Shown: one piece after another, positions 15,001-27,000 of the stretch | How the letters are laid out: each line of letters opens with the position of its first letter | Position numbering within the stretch: the first letter of the stretch is position 1 | DNA from: an uncultured Planctomycetia bacterium | GTDB taxonomy: Bacteria; Omnitrophota; Gorgyraeia; Duberdicusellales; Duberdicusellaceae | Direction: 5' to 3' | Assembly (NCBI GenBank): GCA_964634935.1 | Contig: CAZWJT010000006.1 | Location: 10,189 to 74,188 of the forward strand | Length of the DNA: 64,000 nt | Position numbers and translations under genes: made by a program | Notes under the pieces: generated by a model | Databases searched by the model: none | The model's input: only the letters and a program-made list of their open reading frames with translations | Told to the model about the DNA's origin: nothing

Positions 15001-18000
15001 TACACCAAAACCCTGAAAATATTAAAGTGGCAGCAGACAATAGATCATGGCGATACCATGCGGGCATTGAAGGATGTGGAGGTTTGGGATGTAGAGCAGG
15101 CAGCGATATCCGCCGGCCAGGCAGGCGCGTTGCTGAAAGCCGCGGCATTTCGGTTAGGCGTCACAGAGGATCATCTTGGCAGCGAGATCAGCAGGATAAA
15201 CTCCATGCGCAGACAGGTTTCCGGGATCGAGCTTTTAGCCTCTCCTTCCCAGCAATTGCTTGCCGTATTTATACCGAGTGTTTCAATGCTGCTGGTATTG
15301 GTATTGCTCGTGGTTATCCCGGCTTTTAGTTTCGGAAGGTTTTTCGGGGGGAGTAAAAAAGAAAATAATTCGGAACAGGATGCTGCCCTTGTCGGTAAGA
15401 GTGTCGCTAAACCGCAGGAGCATAAACCGCAAGGTACCGTAAAGCTTGTCGATCCCAAGATTTTAGCAGGGGCTAAAGTTTTTTCCGAGCCAGCTCTTCC
15501 TGCGGCCGACGGCGCTAAACCCAGGCAAGAAAAATCAAGCGGGGTCGAATTTTCTCAAGCCGTGAGAGTATTTGCCGGAGAAGTCGATAAATTGCCGGTG
15601 AATTTAGCCAAGCGCATCGAAACACTCATTGCTTTTGCCGTGCATGAAGATGAGAACGCTTTTGGTGCGGATACAGACTCAGCGAGCATTCTGGCGACAA
15701 TCGAGCTTAATTTATTCGATATTGAAGAGTTTCTTGATACTCCGAAAGATGAATGGATGGAAGCTATAGGAGATGGGTTGCGTCAGGCCGGGAAAGAGAA
15801 TCGTTATCGTCCGGCGATGAAGGAGCTGGAGAAGCTTTACGAGCGATGTATTGTTATCAAAGCACAGCAATCTGCCGAGGAAGCAATATTAACCCAGAGA
15901 GAAGCAGAAAAGAAAGAGAAGCCTGTTTTACCGATTTCTCCGCAAACGCAACGAGTAGAAGCCACTCCGGTTATTCCTGCCTCAGATCCGGAGAGATCTG
16001 AGTTTGAATCCGCAGCGCCAAAAGTTAGAAAAATCGCAGTTAAAGATGTAAATGTTTCGAATGATAAACAGGCAGGAAATATTCTACGCAAGGCAGAGAT
16101 TACTTATACTATTATTGATGAGAAAGACACACCGAGCTATCGCGCTTGGCTCAGAAGTAGTGGATTTCTAACATTAATCCAAACTGAACACGGGCCTGAT
16201 GCCCAGTTTCTTTTGGCTATAGTAGATTCCGAAGCGCTGATAAACGAGATTAGGAATCACTGGGATTTGTGGCAGGCGATACTTGGAAAAAAGCACATCC
16301 CGCAAGCATGGCAAACTATAGTACAGGAAGAGAGAGAAAAACATGGAGCTGTTCAGGGGGCTGATCTAGGCGCACAGGAATCAGAAGCGGCAGCGCCAAC
16401 AATTCAGCAAGCAGCTATGGAACCTGTTTTAGTCAATAAACCCGCCAGCAGTATTCCGGCACAAAAAACAGAGCCGCAGTTAATGCGTTCGGCGGATGTC
16501 GTCGCGCGCATCAAATCAGACCGCGATGGCATCAGCATGGTGCGCTTAATCAAAGCGGCGGTTGCTGCTAGGATTGAAATTCTTATTGGAGTAGGGGAAG
16601 AGGATGATACGGCGTGCGAACTTGCTCAAGAAGATGTGCGTTCTTTCGTCCGCGATGAAGGAGGCATCGCCAAGCGCATCGAGTTCTTAAAGGCGAGTAT
16701 TGCCAAGCTCCCGGTGGGTAAGGCACAGGAATATAACCACGTATTTCCGACTCTTGCGAGAATTTTGAAAAACTATATAACCAATCTGAAAGCGCAGCAG
16801 CAGAAACATCGGAATGCAGCCTATTTTCCCATGCTGCTTTTAGCACAACAGGTAACTGATTTTGAAAAGGAACTTTCCGGATGGTGGCATGAGTTTACCG
16901 GAGGAGGGTACCTCGCTATTTTCATCCCAGCGCTCGTGATCATCATTTTGTGTGCGATGGTTTCTCTCCGCAAAAAAATGATTAATAATATCACCAATAT
17001 TCTTAATATCGGCTCACAGCCAGAATATTTAACCGCTACTGGTAAGCACAGTCGAGAAACTACTACTCAGTTAAAGCATCTGGAGACAAAGATTGACGGG
17101 TTATTGCGCTATGCAGGGTGGCGTTGTTTTGTATGTCTTTGGCAGGCGGGGTTCATCAGGAATGAGATTACCAGGCAACTTGCAACTACTCTATCCAAGA
17201 TTGAGAAACGGCTTGCCGAAGTAGTTGAACAGGAGACGAAAAGACTTGAAATAATCTGCGGACTTAAAGTTTCAGAAAGAGAGAAAAGTTCGGCTCATAC
17301 CTGGATGCATCGGTTCGTGCAAGTGTCATATTTGCGAAACGGTCTTCTTTCTAAACAGGGGAAAGATATTTTTGAAAAACTTTTATTTGAACTTACGCGT
17401 GCTTTTGCTGAGGCACATCCTGAGCGAGCGTTTGCTGTCCAGAATGTAAAACAATTGTATCATCTTTTGGGAGTACGCAGTCGCAGGGGATTAAACGCTC
17501 GTATACGCAATAAACATTTTTCTATCCGGGAAATACTTCTATTGATCCGCGGTTTTATGTTTACCAGATTCAAGATGCTTGGCAAGATGGTAAGAATGCC
17601 CGAAAATAAAGATACCCGATATCTGCGGAACATATGCCTTAAGGCCCTTATTGAGCTTGATCAATACGATGCAGTAAGTTTAAATAGTGCTTTTCTTGAG
17701 CTTGATCGCACTGATGGAGCGCAATTACGTCGGGCAAAAATCAATATTCGTCTTTTGCAACTTATTCGTGATGAGATTCATCGCGGCCGCTCCGCGTCAC
17801 AACGTAATACTTCGTCAGAACAATCAGTTGCTTTGGCCGCTCATGGAGTAATCTTGTTGATTGTTCTTTTCGCCGTCGGTTTCAGCATATGTTTGTTTGC
17901 TATCCCATATCAGCGAGATACCTGGGGACAAAAAATGGCTGAAGCACAAGAAGAGCTTGCAATGATTTCTATGGCAGCAGAGCCACAGGAGATTAAGGTT

Positions 18001-21000
18001 GTTGTGTCAGGGTTTGCGCGCTCCCGAACAGGCGAGCATATTTCTGGAATTGAAGTTTTCTACAAAGAGTGTATACGAGGGTTTATCCCGGCTGATTATC
18101 TGGCGGTGTCAGCTGAGGCATACCTTGAACAAAATAGGGACAGGGAAGTTTCCGTATATATGGTGGAATACTCGCACTTCCATTTTGTGGCTGCTGTTAC
18201 TATCGATCGCTGGCAACACAAACAGCAAGCTTTGCAAGAGCTTTTGCGTGGCGTACATAACGAAGATTCGCTTTATGATGTGACTGTTGATTCAGTAATT
18301 GCGACGCACGATAGTGTGGTTGGATTTTCAGTAACCTACGGTGGGATTATAAGGGGGACTGTTCCTTACAAGCATAGACCATGGGATGTTCCGCTTTTTG
18401 AAGGAGAGGTCGACCGATGGAGGAAAGAAATCGCAGGCAAAGTATACCCAGCAATGCTTATTAGTTTGCGCGGACACGAGCACGCATGGAAACCGGTATT
18501 TTCCATTCGCTTTGGGCAAAGGCTTTTAAAAGAAATGCCCACATTGCATAAAGCTTCTGCAGTCGCTGGTATTTCTCATTTTGTAAGTGACGAAGAGATG
18601 GAACAAGAGGCCTCCGAGAGAGAGATTAAGGATAAGCTTTTTCTGGAAGAAATCAAGAAGTGTCCACAGGAAATCTATTATTCACTCCAGGGCCGCCGCC
18701 AGATCCTGTATCAGTTATCACGTTCCTACAAGCGAGGAACATATTTGGGCGAGCTCTTGAATATCTTGATGGCTACGGAGGCAGGAGCCGAGTTCATTGT
18801 TTACACATTACAAGATGAATTTGGGTTGGCACATAAAGAGAATATGATCCGCGCTATCGCGATTGTGCTCAGCGAAGGTTGTTTAGTGCAGCCAACTGTT
18901 TTGAGATTAGCTCGCCTGTATTACCGCCACAGCGATCGGCGCGCGGCGCGCAATTATTTCCGCTGGATTATGTGCAGTTCGCCGAATGCTTCTGCGCGCC
19001 GCTCAATCGCACAGGCAATATTTAATCTTATGCCCGATGAGCGCTATGAAATATTCCGTTGGATTTTAGAAAACCAGGCAGTTGATTTTAAGGTGCGGGT
19101 ATTGGCAGCTGAGATGCTTGCAAAAACTGGCGGTGCGGGACGTAACTGCTTGCAGCGTTTAATTGCACAGGCAAGAGTAATTGAGACTCGCGCCGCAGCA
19201 GTAATAGGATCTTTTATCAAAGGCGGAAGAAAAGGCCTTGGGCTCTTGAAGAGCGTTCAAGTCAGGTATCATCCGGATTCTGGTGTCATTCGGGGGAGAG
19301 ATTTTGATACGATTGCCCGAGTCAGTTACCGTCCATTCCCCGGGTATATGTATAAGCCACTTAGCAAGGCCCGGCTGAAAGAAATAGCAGTTATTCCAAC
19401 CAGCGCATTTATTCATAGGGGCGGTTTATCATCTGAAGCAGAAATAGTATTACGCCGGGATTTGGCTCGGGCGGGGTATTCCAGGGAAAAACGGGATACG
19501 ATCGTTCATAATCTTTCCCGTTCTAACAAAATGTATTCACTTGCCTGCAGTAAATCGCAAGGGCAAATTCCCCGGGTTAGCACCCATATTGCACTCTATA
19601 AAGGATTAACGTTTGGCTTGTATGTTGGTTTACAAAAAATCGGCATGCATATTAACTTATTTGACGGAAGTCTTGAAAAATATGGCGTGCCTCGGGAAGG
19701 AATTGATCTTCTCGTTGTTATGGTCCGCGCGCATGAAGAATGGGAGGCTCAAAACTTAGACCATACCGAAATTATCGCAAAGCAGGCACAGATGTTCATA
19801 GCATGGCCTGATTCATGGCAGTGTTTGTTTCTTGATACGCTCTCAGCAGTGGAGATAAAACATTACCGCTATAACCTTAACTTTTTTACTCAATTATACC
19901 GGGCCTATCTTGTTCATCGCCCTACGCTTAAAAGAATTTCACTTCCAGAAAGGCTTAAACGTCTCATGGATATTCGAGAAGTTCGTTCTGCCTATAATAC
20001 ATTACTTGATTTTGCCGATCAAGTGTACTTAGACCTTGCAGCGCAAGCTTTCAAGGGTTTTCGTAGGAATATTGATTATGCCGCTTTGGAAAGGTATTAC
20101 GGTTTTTCATTTATTGAGCAAGTGCTGCAAATTGCTGATTCGTTTGCCCAACCAGATCTGCGATACGTTTTTGGATATATTCTTGATGTCGCACCAGGCC
20201 CATGGACCATTGAACAGATACGTTTTATCGCCCAGATTTTCCGGGCGTATCGGGATATACCCGGTTTTGAGCAAACACTGGGTATTCTTACTAATGCAAC
20301 CGCACCTGGCGTACGGGGGATTTTACGGGAGTTTATTTACTTTTCTGAAGTCAGCAGGCGTTTTGTCCACAACACCATGGGCAGTGTTCAACCCGTTGCC
20401 GTGCGCGCAGTGGTTCACGATGAGAAGGGAATCTGCACCGATATTGATTTTGTTTTTCGCCTTGAAAAAAGTAAGTGGGGGGATTTTCGTAATGGTACCT
20501 ATTGGCTTTCTGCCGCTTTGACTCCAGCAAATGGCAAAGGTATTTTAGGGATTCGAGCGATGAATCGGGCAATGGAAGCTTTGCAATCGGGTGCGATCAT
20601 TCAACCGGATTCGATACAAAAAGAAATGCTTACTGCTTCAGAAAAGCCATTTATTTCCGGGATTGTTTTTGCATATGATAAAAGCATGGTTCAAGGGAGA
20701 TATGATGAACTCCTTGATATTTACCATCGTGAGTTGCAGGATAGCAGAATATTTTCAGGAGTTTATTTGTATTGTTTTGGTATTGAAGAATCGAAGTATA
20801 TACCTGTCTGCCAGGACAACCAAAGTGCGGCTGAGCAGCAAGAAAGTTTTTCCGGCTGGTATATGAGCATACTTGGAATTTTCATTCTCGCGGTTGTTGG
20901 GGTTATGCTCGTACGCAAGTATTTTCACTCAGCTGTTTTTGCAGCACAAGAAAATGAGAAAATTTCTGATGAACACTACGCGGTTGGCAGAGTACTCGGG

Positions 21001-24000
21001 CAGGATGAGCTGTTGCGTATTATGCAAGAAAGGAAATCGCCATTTCTGCGGAATTCTTTGAAAATATTTGAGGATTCTGCCCGCGCGATTCAACTCGATG
21101 ATTTCTTACAAACAAAGTTTCGTCTGCCCGAACGGGTCATCGAGGTAAAAATTCCTGTAAAAATGAGCAATGGGACCATTCGTATCTATACCGGGTGGCG
21201 TTCACTGCACAATACAGCAAAAGGGGCAGGAAAAGGCGGAATACGGTTTGCTCCCGGTTTGACCGTGGGCGATGTCATTGCGCTTTCTATTGAAATGAGT
21301 TGGAAGTGTGCAATTGCCGGTATCCCCTATGGCGGCGGCAAAGGCGGGATTGATGTGAACGTCAAGGAGCTTACTGAGAGTGAACTTGAACAACTGAGCC
21401 GTGGTTATGTGCGCGGGCTTCTTTCTGCAGATCCGGATGCGATTGGACCTTTAAGTGATATTCCTGCTCCAGACATGAATACAAACGCAAAAATTATGAA
21501 TTGGATGCGCGATGAATACCGCGTGATCAAAGGCAAAGATTCTCCAGCGGTCATTACCGGAAAACCACCGCTTCGCGGTGGTTCTCTGGGAAGAGAAAAG
21601 GCAACCGGTCAAGGTGGTTTTTACACAGCCAAGCTTGCTGCTCCAAAATATCTTGGTAAAGAATTATTTGATTGTAGCGTGAGCATCGTCGGGTATGGGA
21701 ATGTAGGTGGGTGGCTTGCAAGAATTATTTATCCCTATTTCAAAGGACACCAGGGCAAGATAGCTGGGATTGCAGATGTTAACGGTTGTATTTGGTCCTG
21801 GCAGGGCATTCATATTGACAAGCTCGATAAGCATCTTGCCCAGGGTGGTAAAGTGGAAGATTTCCAAGATAATGACGCGCCAGTTGAGCATATCAGCCTC
21901 GAGGAATTTTTGCTCCGGCGCCTGGATATTTTGTTCCCCGCCGCCTGCGAAAACCAAATTCACGCAGGGAATGCCCAGGAAATAGGCGCTTCGCTCATCG
22001 TTGAACTGGCAAATGGGCCAACTACTGCAGAAGCAGATGCGGTTTTACACAAGAGAGGTGTTGTTGTAGTTCCGGATATTATGGCTAATGCCGGAGGCGT
22101 TATTGTTTCCTTTTTTGAATGGGTGCAAAACCTGACCGATGAACTCTGGGATACCTTGGCAGTGGATAAGAAATTGGAAGAGCGCATTTACAAGTCATTT
22201 CATTGTATGGTTGATATTGCTGAATCAAAAGATCTGGCTTTGCGTGATGCCGCGATGTGCGTGGCTTTAAAGAAAATAACAGACGCCACGTTAGCAAAGC
22301 ATCAGGAGTTATCATTATCTCTCAACCAAAAAGGCAATTTGCCGTACGTTATAGCCGATGTTGTTTTTGATCCCGAAACCATTGAAGAGCTTAACTGCGT
22401 AATGGCCAGTGTCCAAAAAAGAGCATTTATTGCGCGGGCTGAAAATGTACATTCAAGGAAAATTGGTGTTATTGCCGATGAGATCAGTGTTACACTGACG
22501 CCTGCGCGCGGTAATGTTGTGTTGATCTGTGGTCCGGATGCCTGCGGAAAAGCGTCACTCGCTTTGAGGCTGGCTTCGGAATTAGCGGTGCGGAAAATCC
22601 CGGCTAAGGTTTTACATCTTGATAATCATGATGTGCGTGATATCGGGAGGCTTTTGAGCGGTGAAGAAATCAGATTGAATGGAACCGACAAAAAATTCAA
22701 CCGTTCTCCAGAAGAGACCTTGCGGCTTACTGCTGATGAAATATTGATTGTTGAAGGCCAGATTGCTTTTGCTGAACCGATTTTAACTCTTATTCCGGCA
22801 CAGAGCCGCTATGAGATATTCGCTGAAACAGTCTGTAGTATGAAGCTGGCTGGCAATTATCCGCTTACTTCGCATAACGTGCGTTTGATGCGTGAGCTTT
22901 TAGACAGATATCTTAATGAGGATACAAGTCCGTATGAAACTATATCCGGCTGGCGGATAAACCGGAAACGGCAGATTTATAATACGTATCCCCTGTGGGG
23001 GAGAGCAAGAGTTACCGTCAACACATTTTTGCCTTATGAGCTTGCACTTTTAGCAAAATATGTGCAGCCGCATCTGCGCCGGGCATACCACCAGGCTCGC
23101 CGCAAAAAGGATGGTGATTCGCTGTTTCTCATTGAACATCTTATGGCAATTACTCGAGAGGTACTTCGGGATATTGATGATTTTGATATTCCTTCCAATT
23201 CTATTCTGCAGCAGTATTTGCCGCACTCTGCTATCGTGCAGCGTAAAACTTCGGTTTTGGATGATATTCTAGACGAATTGATTGTTGCTCCAGCCAGGAA
23301 GGATTTTGAGCGTATCATGAAAGATATCGCAGATAAAAAAGAAATGCGTGGATATCTCGGCAATGTAACCGAAGAACATATCGGTGCAATTCGGGCATGT
23401 ATTGACCGCGGAGAATTTGCGGAAAGTTACGAATGCAATGGAATTCTTCCGGAATTCGAAGGAGATCCCGTGTGTTTCCGTTTCTTGACTGCGCAGATTC
23501 CCCGGGCTCCCCCCGAAGGGTTTATCTGGGCCAGGAAGTTTCAGGGGCGGTTAGAGATATATTTTTCTTCAATGCAGATTTGGGAGCATATTCATGAAGT
23601 ATGCGCTGAAACTCAAGTGGCCAGTCTATTATTACGTGAAACGCTTCAGTCAATCGCCCTTCATGAATCAACAGAGATTTTTTGCCTTGAACAGAATATC
23701 GCCGGGCCAGAGTTTGCCCACAGTCTCGCCAATGACGTAACCCTCGATGCCTATCCTGCCGCCGCTCTTTTACTCTGCGCTATTTTTGGTGATATGCAGC
23801 AATCCGCAGCCTCCGCTCATATTTTCCAAGAGATTATTTCGGCTCATGTCGCAGAAAGAATCAATGATTCGACGACAGATCTCATTTTTATCGATAATCA
23901 ACAGCTGCACACCAGTAATCAGCTATTCCTGCCAGCTCTCAATAAATTACAGGATATTTTATCAAGGCCGGTATTGCCCGAACCATTCTACCTCTGTTTT

Positions 24001-27000
24001 CTTTCCGGTAAGAATAAGCCAAAACGTTTTGGGTCTGATCCTTATTCTCTAGCGCTTGTAGGCAGCCAGCGTATTTATGTCGCCCGCGGAATTCATACTG
24101 GAGCATTTGGGCGGCACAAGATGATCTATATGACTTATGAAACATTCTTGAATCTGCCGCGTGTTCTCCTGGATCAGTATATCGTACGGAATAGCAATTT
24201 GGTTGGACTTACCGCGCGCTACGTAGAGGGTCAAGAAGCGGCGGTTTCTGCGCCGCAAGTTCATACGTCAATGAGTCAGGTCAACGAAGAAATTGGAACA
24301 TACCTTTCTTCGTTAAAAGAACCGTTCCAAATACAAGAAGACAGTTGTTATTATGCGTGGCTTACTCCAGTGCAATTAGACAGAGAAGCACGAACCGAGC
24401 GTACCTATGAGGAAGATGCATTTCATATCAGGATGGATCAAAATCCAGAGACTGCTCCGATCGCCATTCCCTGTTTTATTGATGTTCAGATGCAGCAGAT
24501 TATGGATCGCGCGTTTTTCACCGCTACCGCTGCCGCTCTGCGTTCAGCACTGGAATTGACCGGTATACAGAACGCAGAAACGATTTCGGGAGGATTAAGA
24601 ATCGCTGGCATCGATCAGTCTTTGCATCTGGTATCTTTCGCAGAAGAAAGCGGCGTTATTCTTGTCAATGTTCCGCTCTTAAAAACATTGCGCGGAGAAT
24701 GCAGAGGAGCTGCGCTTGCTCTGTTTTACGTTGGCATGCTTCACGTTCTTATCGCGCGGTTCTCCGGACTGCAAGCAAAAGGACCAGTAATTCTGGTGGA
24801 AATCTATGCACACGCGCTCAAAGAATATATAATTCAGCGGCTGCATGCCCGCATTGACTATGGAACGTTAAAGAGGCTTTATGATACATATTTTGCTTCC
24901 GACATGACCGCGGAAGTTTTTACCTTCATGCCCAATGTCTTACGCGCACGAATCGATGCTTTACGGGCAGAATGTACTTGGTTGAGGAATTTTCATGTAC
25001 GGCATGGGCAAATCCAGACGCTTCTTAGTGACAGGAGCGTCATTGACCGAGTGAATGGAGTGTTTCTTGCACTGTATGATTTAATCGATGAGCTTTCCAC
25101 AAAACTCTATCTTGATGAAGCACTTGAGTTAATTCAGCACGCACAAGCATGCGTCAGGTGTTCATTCTTCTATACGGAAGCGTTCGCTGTAACACGCAAT
25201 GAAACTTTTCGCGAAAATTGGGTGAAACACCACGCCGCTTTATACCAGCTTGTCCTCAACCAGGGTCGCTTTAGCCGCTTGTACATGAGCCGGATTATGG
25301 ATGGAGTGTTGGATTTTTGTGCGCAGAACGTGCGATTTGAGCATGCAAGAGTAATTCTGGTAAGTACCCTGGAATCATTGATACGTGTTGAGGAACGGGA
25401 AGATGTTTCATTGCAAGAACGCCTGCGCGATGATTGGTATAGTTTTCATGTTGCCGAAAAGGCAGTTTCTGTTTTTACAGGATTCCGCGGAGGAGAGCAT
25501 ACCGCAGAGTATATTCAACTGGTCCGGCTTTTGGTAGTAAGTGCCATCTCTGTTCATCAGATCGATGGTATTTCCAAACAGTTTCAGGCTTTTGAGCGGG
25601 CGATTGCAAGATTATCGCCTGCACAACGGGCAGCTCAGAAATGGACCGACACTATTCGGCGCATGGAGATGCTCAAGCTTTATTTTGAACTACACTCCGT
25701 TGTCTATAATGCACACAGTCACCGGAACCGCCGAAAAGAAGTTTTTGTATTAGCCGGATCTATCGAGGCTTTTGCTCAAGAGTGTACGGTAAGTTCTGAG
25801 AATAGCAACTTTGATATTGGTCAGTTTTTCTTTTTTCTTCTGGCAACGAGCCAGCGTGCACTCGGGAATACCCGCGGAGCATGCAGTAACCTTGAACAAA
25901 ACATGGCGCAAATTTGGGAGAAAAAGCTGCTCCATGGAGAAACCGTCTGGCTTACGCTCTTTGACTTGATTTTTACCTATGAGTGTCTTGGGGAAGAATT
26001 CAATCATGCTCAACGAGAACTTGCCCGGCGGTATAAATCAATCCGTCGAAGTGAACCGTTGCTTGGTGATTTGTTTGAAGCTGTGGCGGAAAAAGATTAT
26101 AGGCGTATCATTACGCTCTATCGGCAGAATAAAAATTTTTCCGCGAACCACTACGTATATATGCTCATGGTTCTTTGCTATCTTTTTGCTCTATCGAAAA
26201 CTAATAACCGTAGCGCGATGAAAGCAGTTATTGCTGCAATGCTTAGGCTTCATGCTGATACAGAGACGACCCACAAAATATTATATGACATATTAGCGGT
26301 ATTTATTTTTATGCCGGATGATACGCAGCGCATGATTGGCGAAGTTGTTGCTGAGCTGGTTTCGGAAGATACTCTTGGCCATCGAGCCCGCAGTATCGCC
26401 GTTGATTTTCTTGTCGCGGTGCAAGACAGAGCATTTTGTACATTTTTGAACCATACTTTTGAGCAGGCGCTTGAAACCGGCAAAGCGGGGGGGTTTGATT
26501 TGATGTCGCTTGTACGCCTGCTTGGTTTCTTCTCTTTGCCAAGTCAGGCAATATATCTTGATTCAATCCATACCGGTCGGATAAAAGATAGGGGTATGCG
26601 TCATGATTTTATCGCCGCAAGATCCGCGATAAAATCAGCAGTGCAGAATGAACCGGAAATTTTTCTGCCACACCTTGAACAGCTTTTTGCTGATGGACGC
26701 TATGCGGATATTGTTGGTGCGGTAACTCGGCACCACGCAGAGGAAGGGAATTATTCAACCATTCAAGTGGCCTGCAGTGTTTTTAAAGAGAAGGCCGAGC
26801 GCGTTGTCGATTTAGTGGGACAATCTGAATCAGCGTACCATCAGCATCATTACCAGCGCGCCAATGACTTGCTTCAAGAAGCGATTGCCATAAATCCGCA
26901 GGACAACAATCTTTTTTCCCGACAGTATGTGGTTGCCGACATGGTCAAAGCAAGTCATTGCTACCAGAGCGACGATCTTGATCTGGCGATTGCTATCGCG

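Noticed and set aside
20036-20521. 161-aa + strand frame-2 ORF and other frame-2/3 + strand ORFs (e.g. 6737-7105, 30617-30961, 32193-32551)
   Set aside because: Out-of-frame overlaps with the uninterrupted frame-1 ORF. No independent start or RBS context or motif support.
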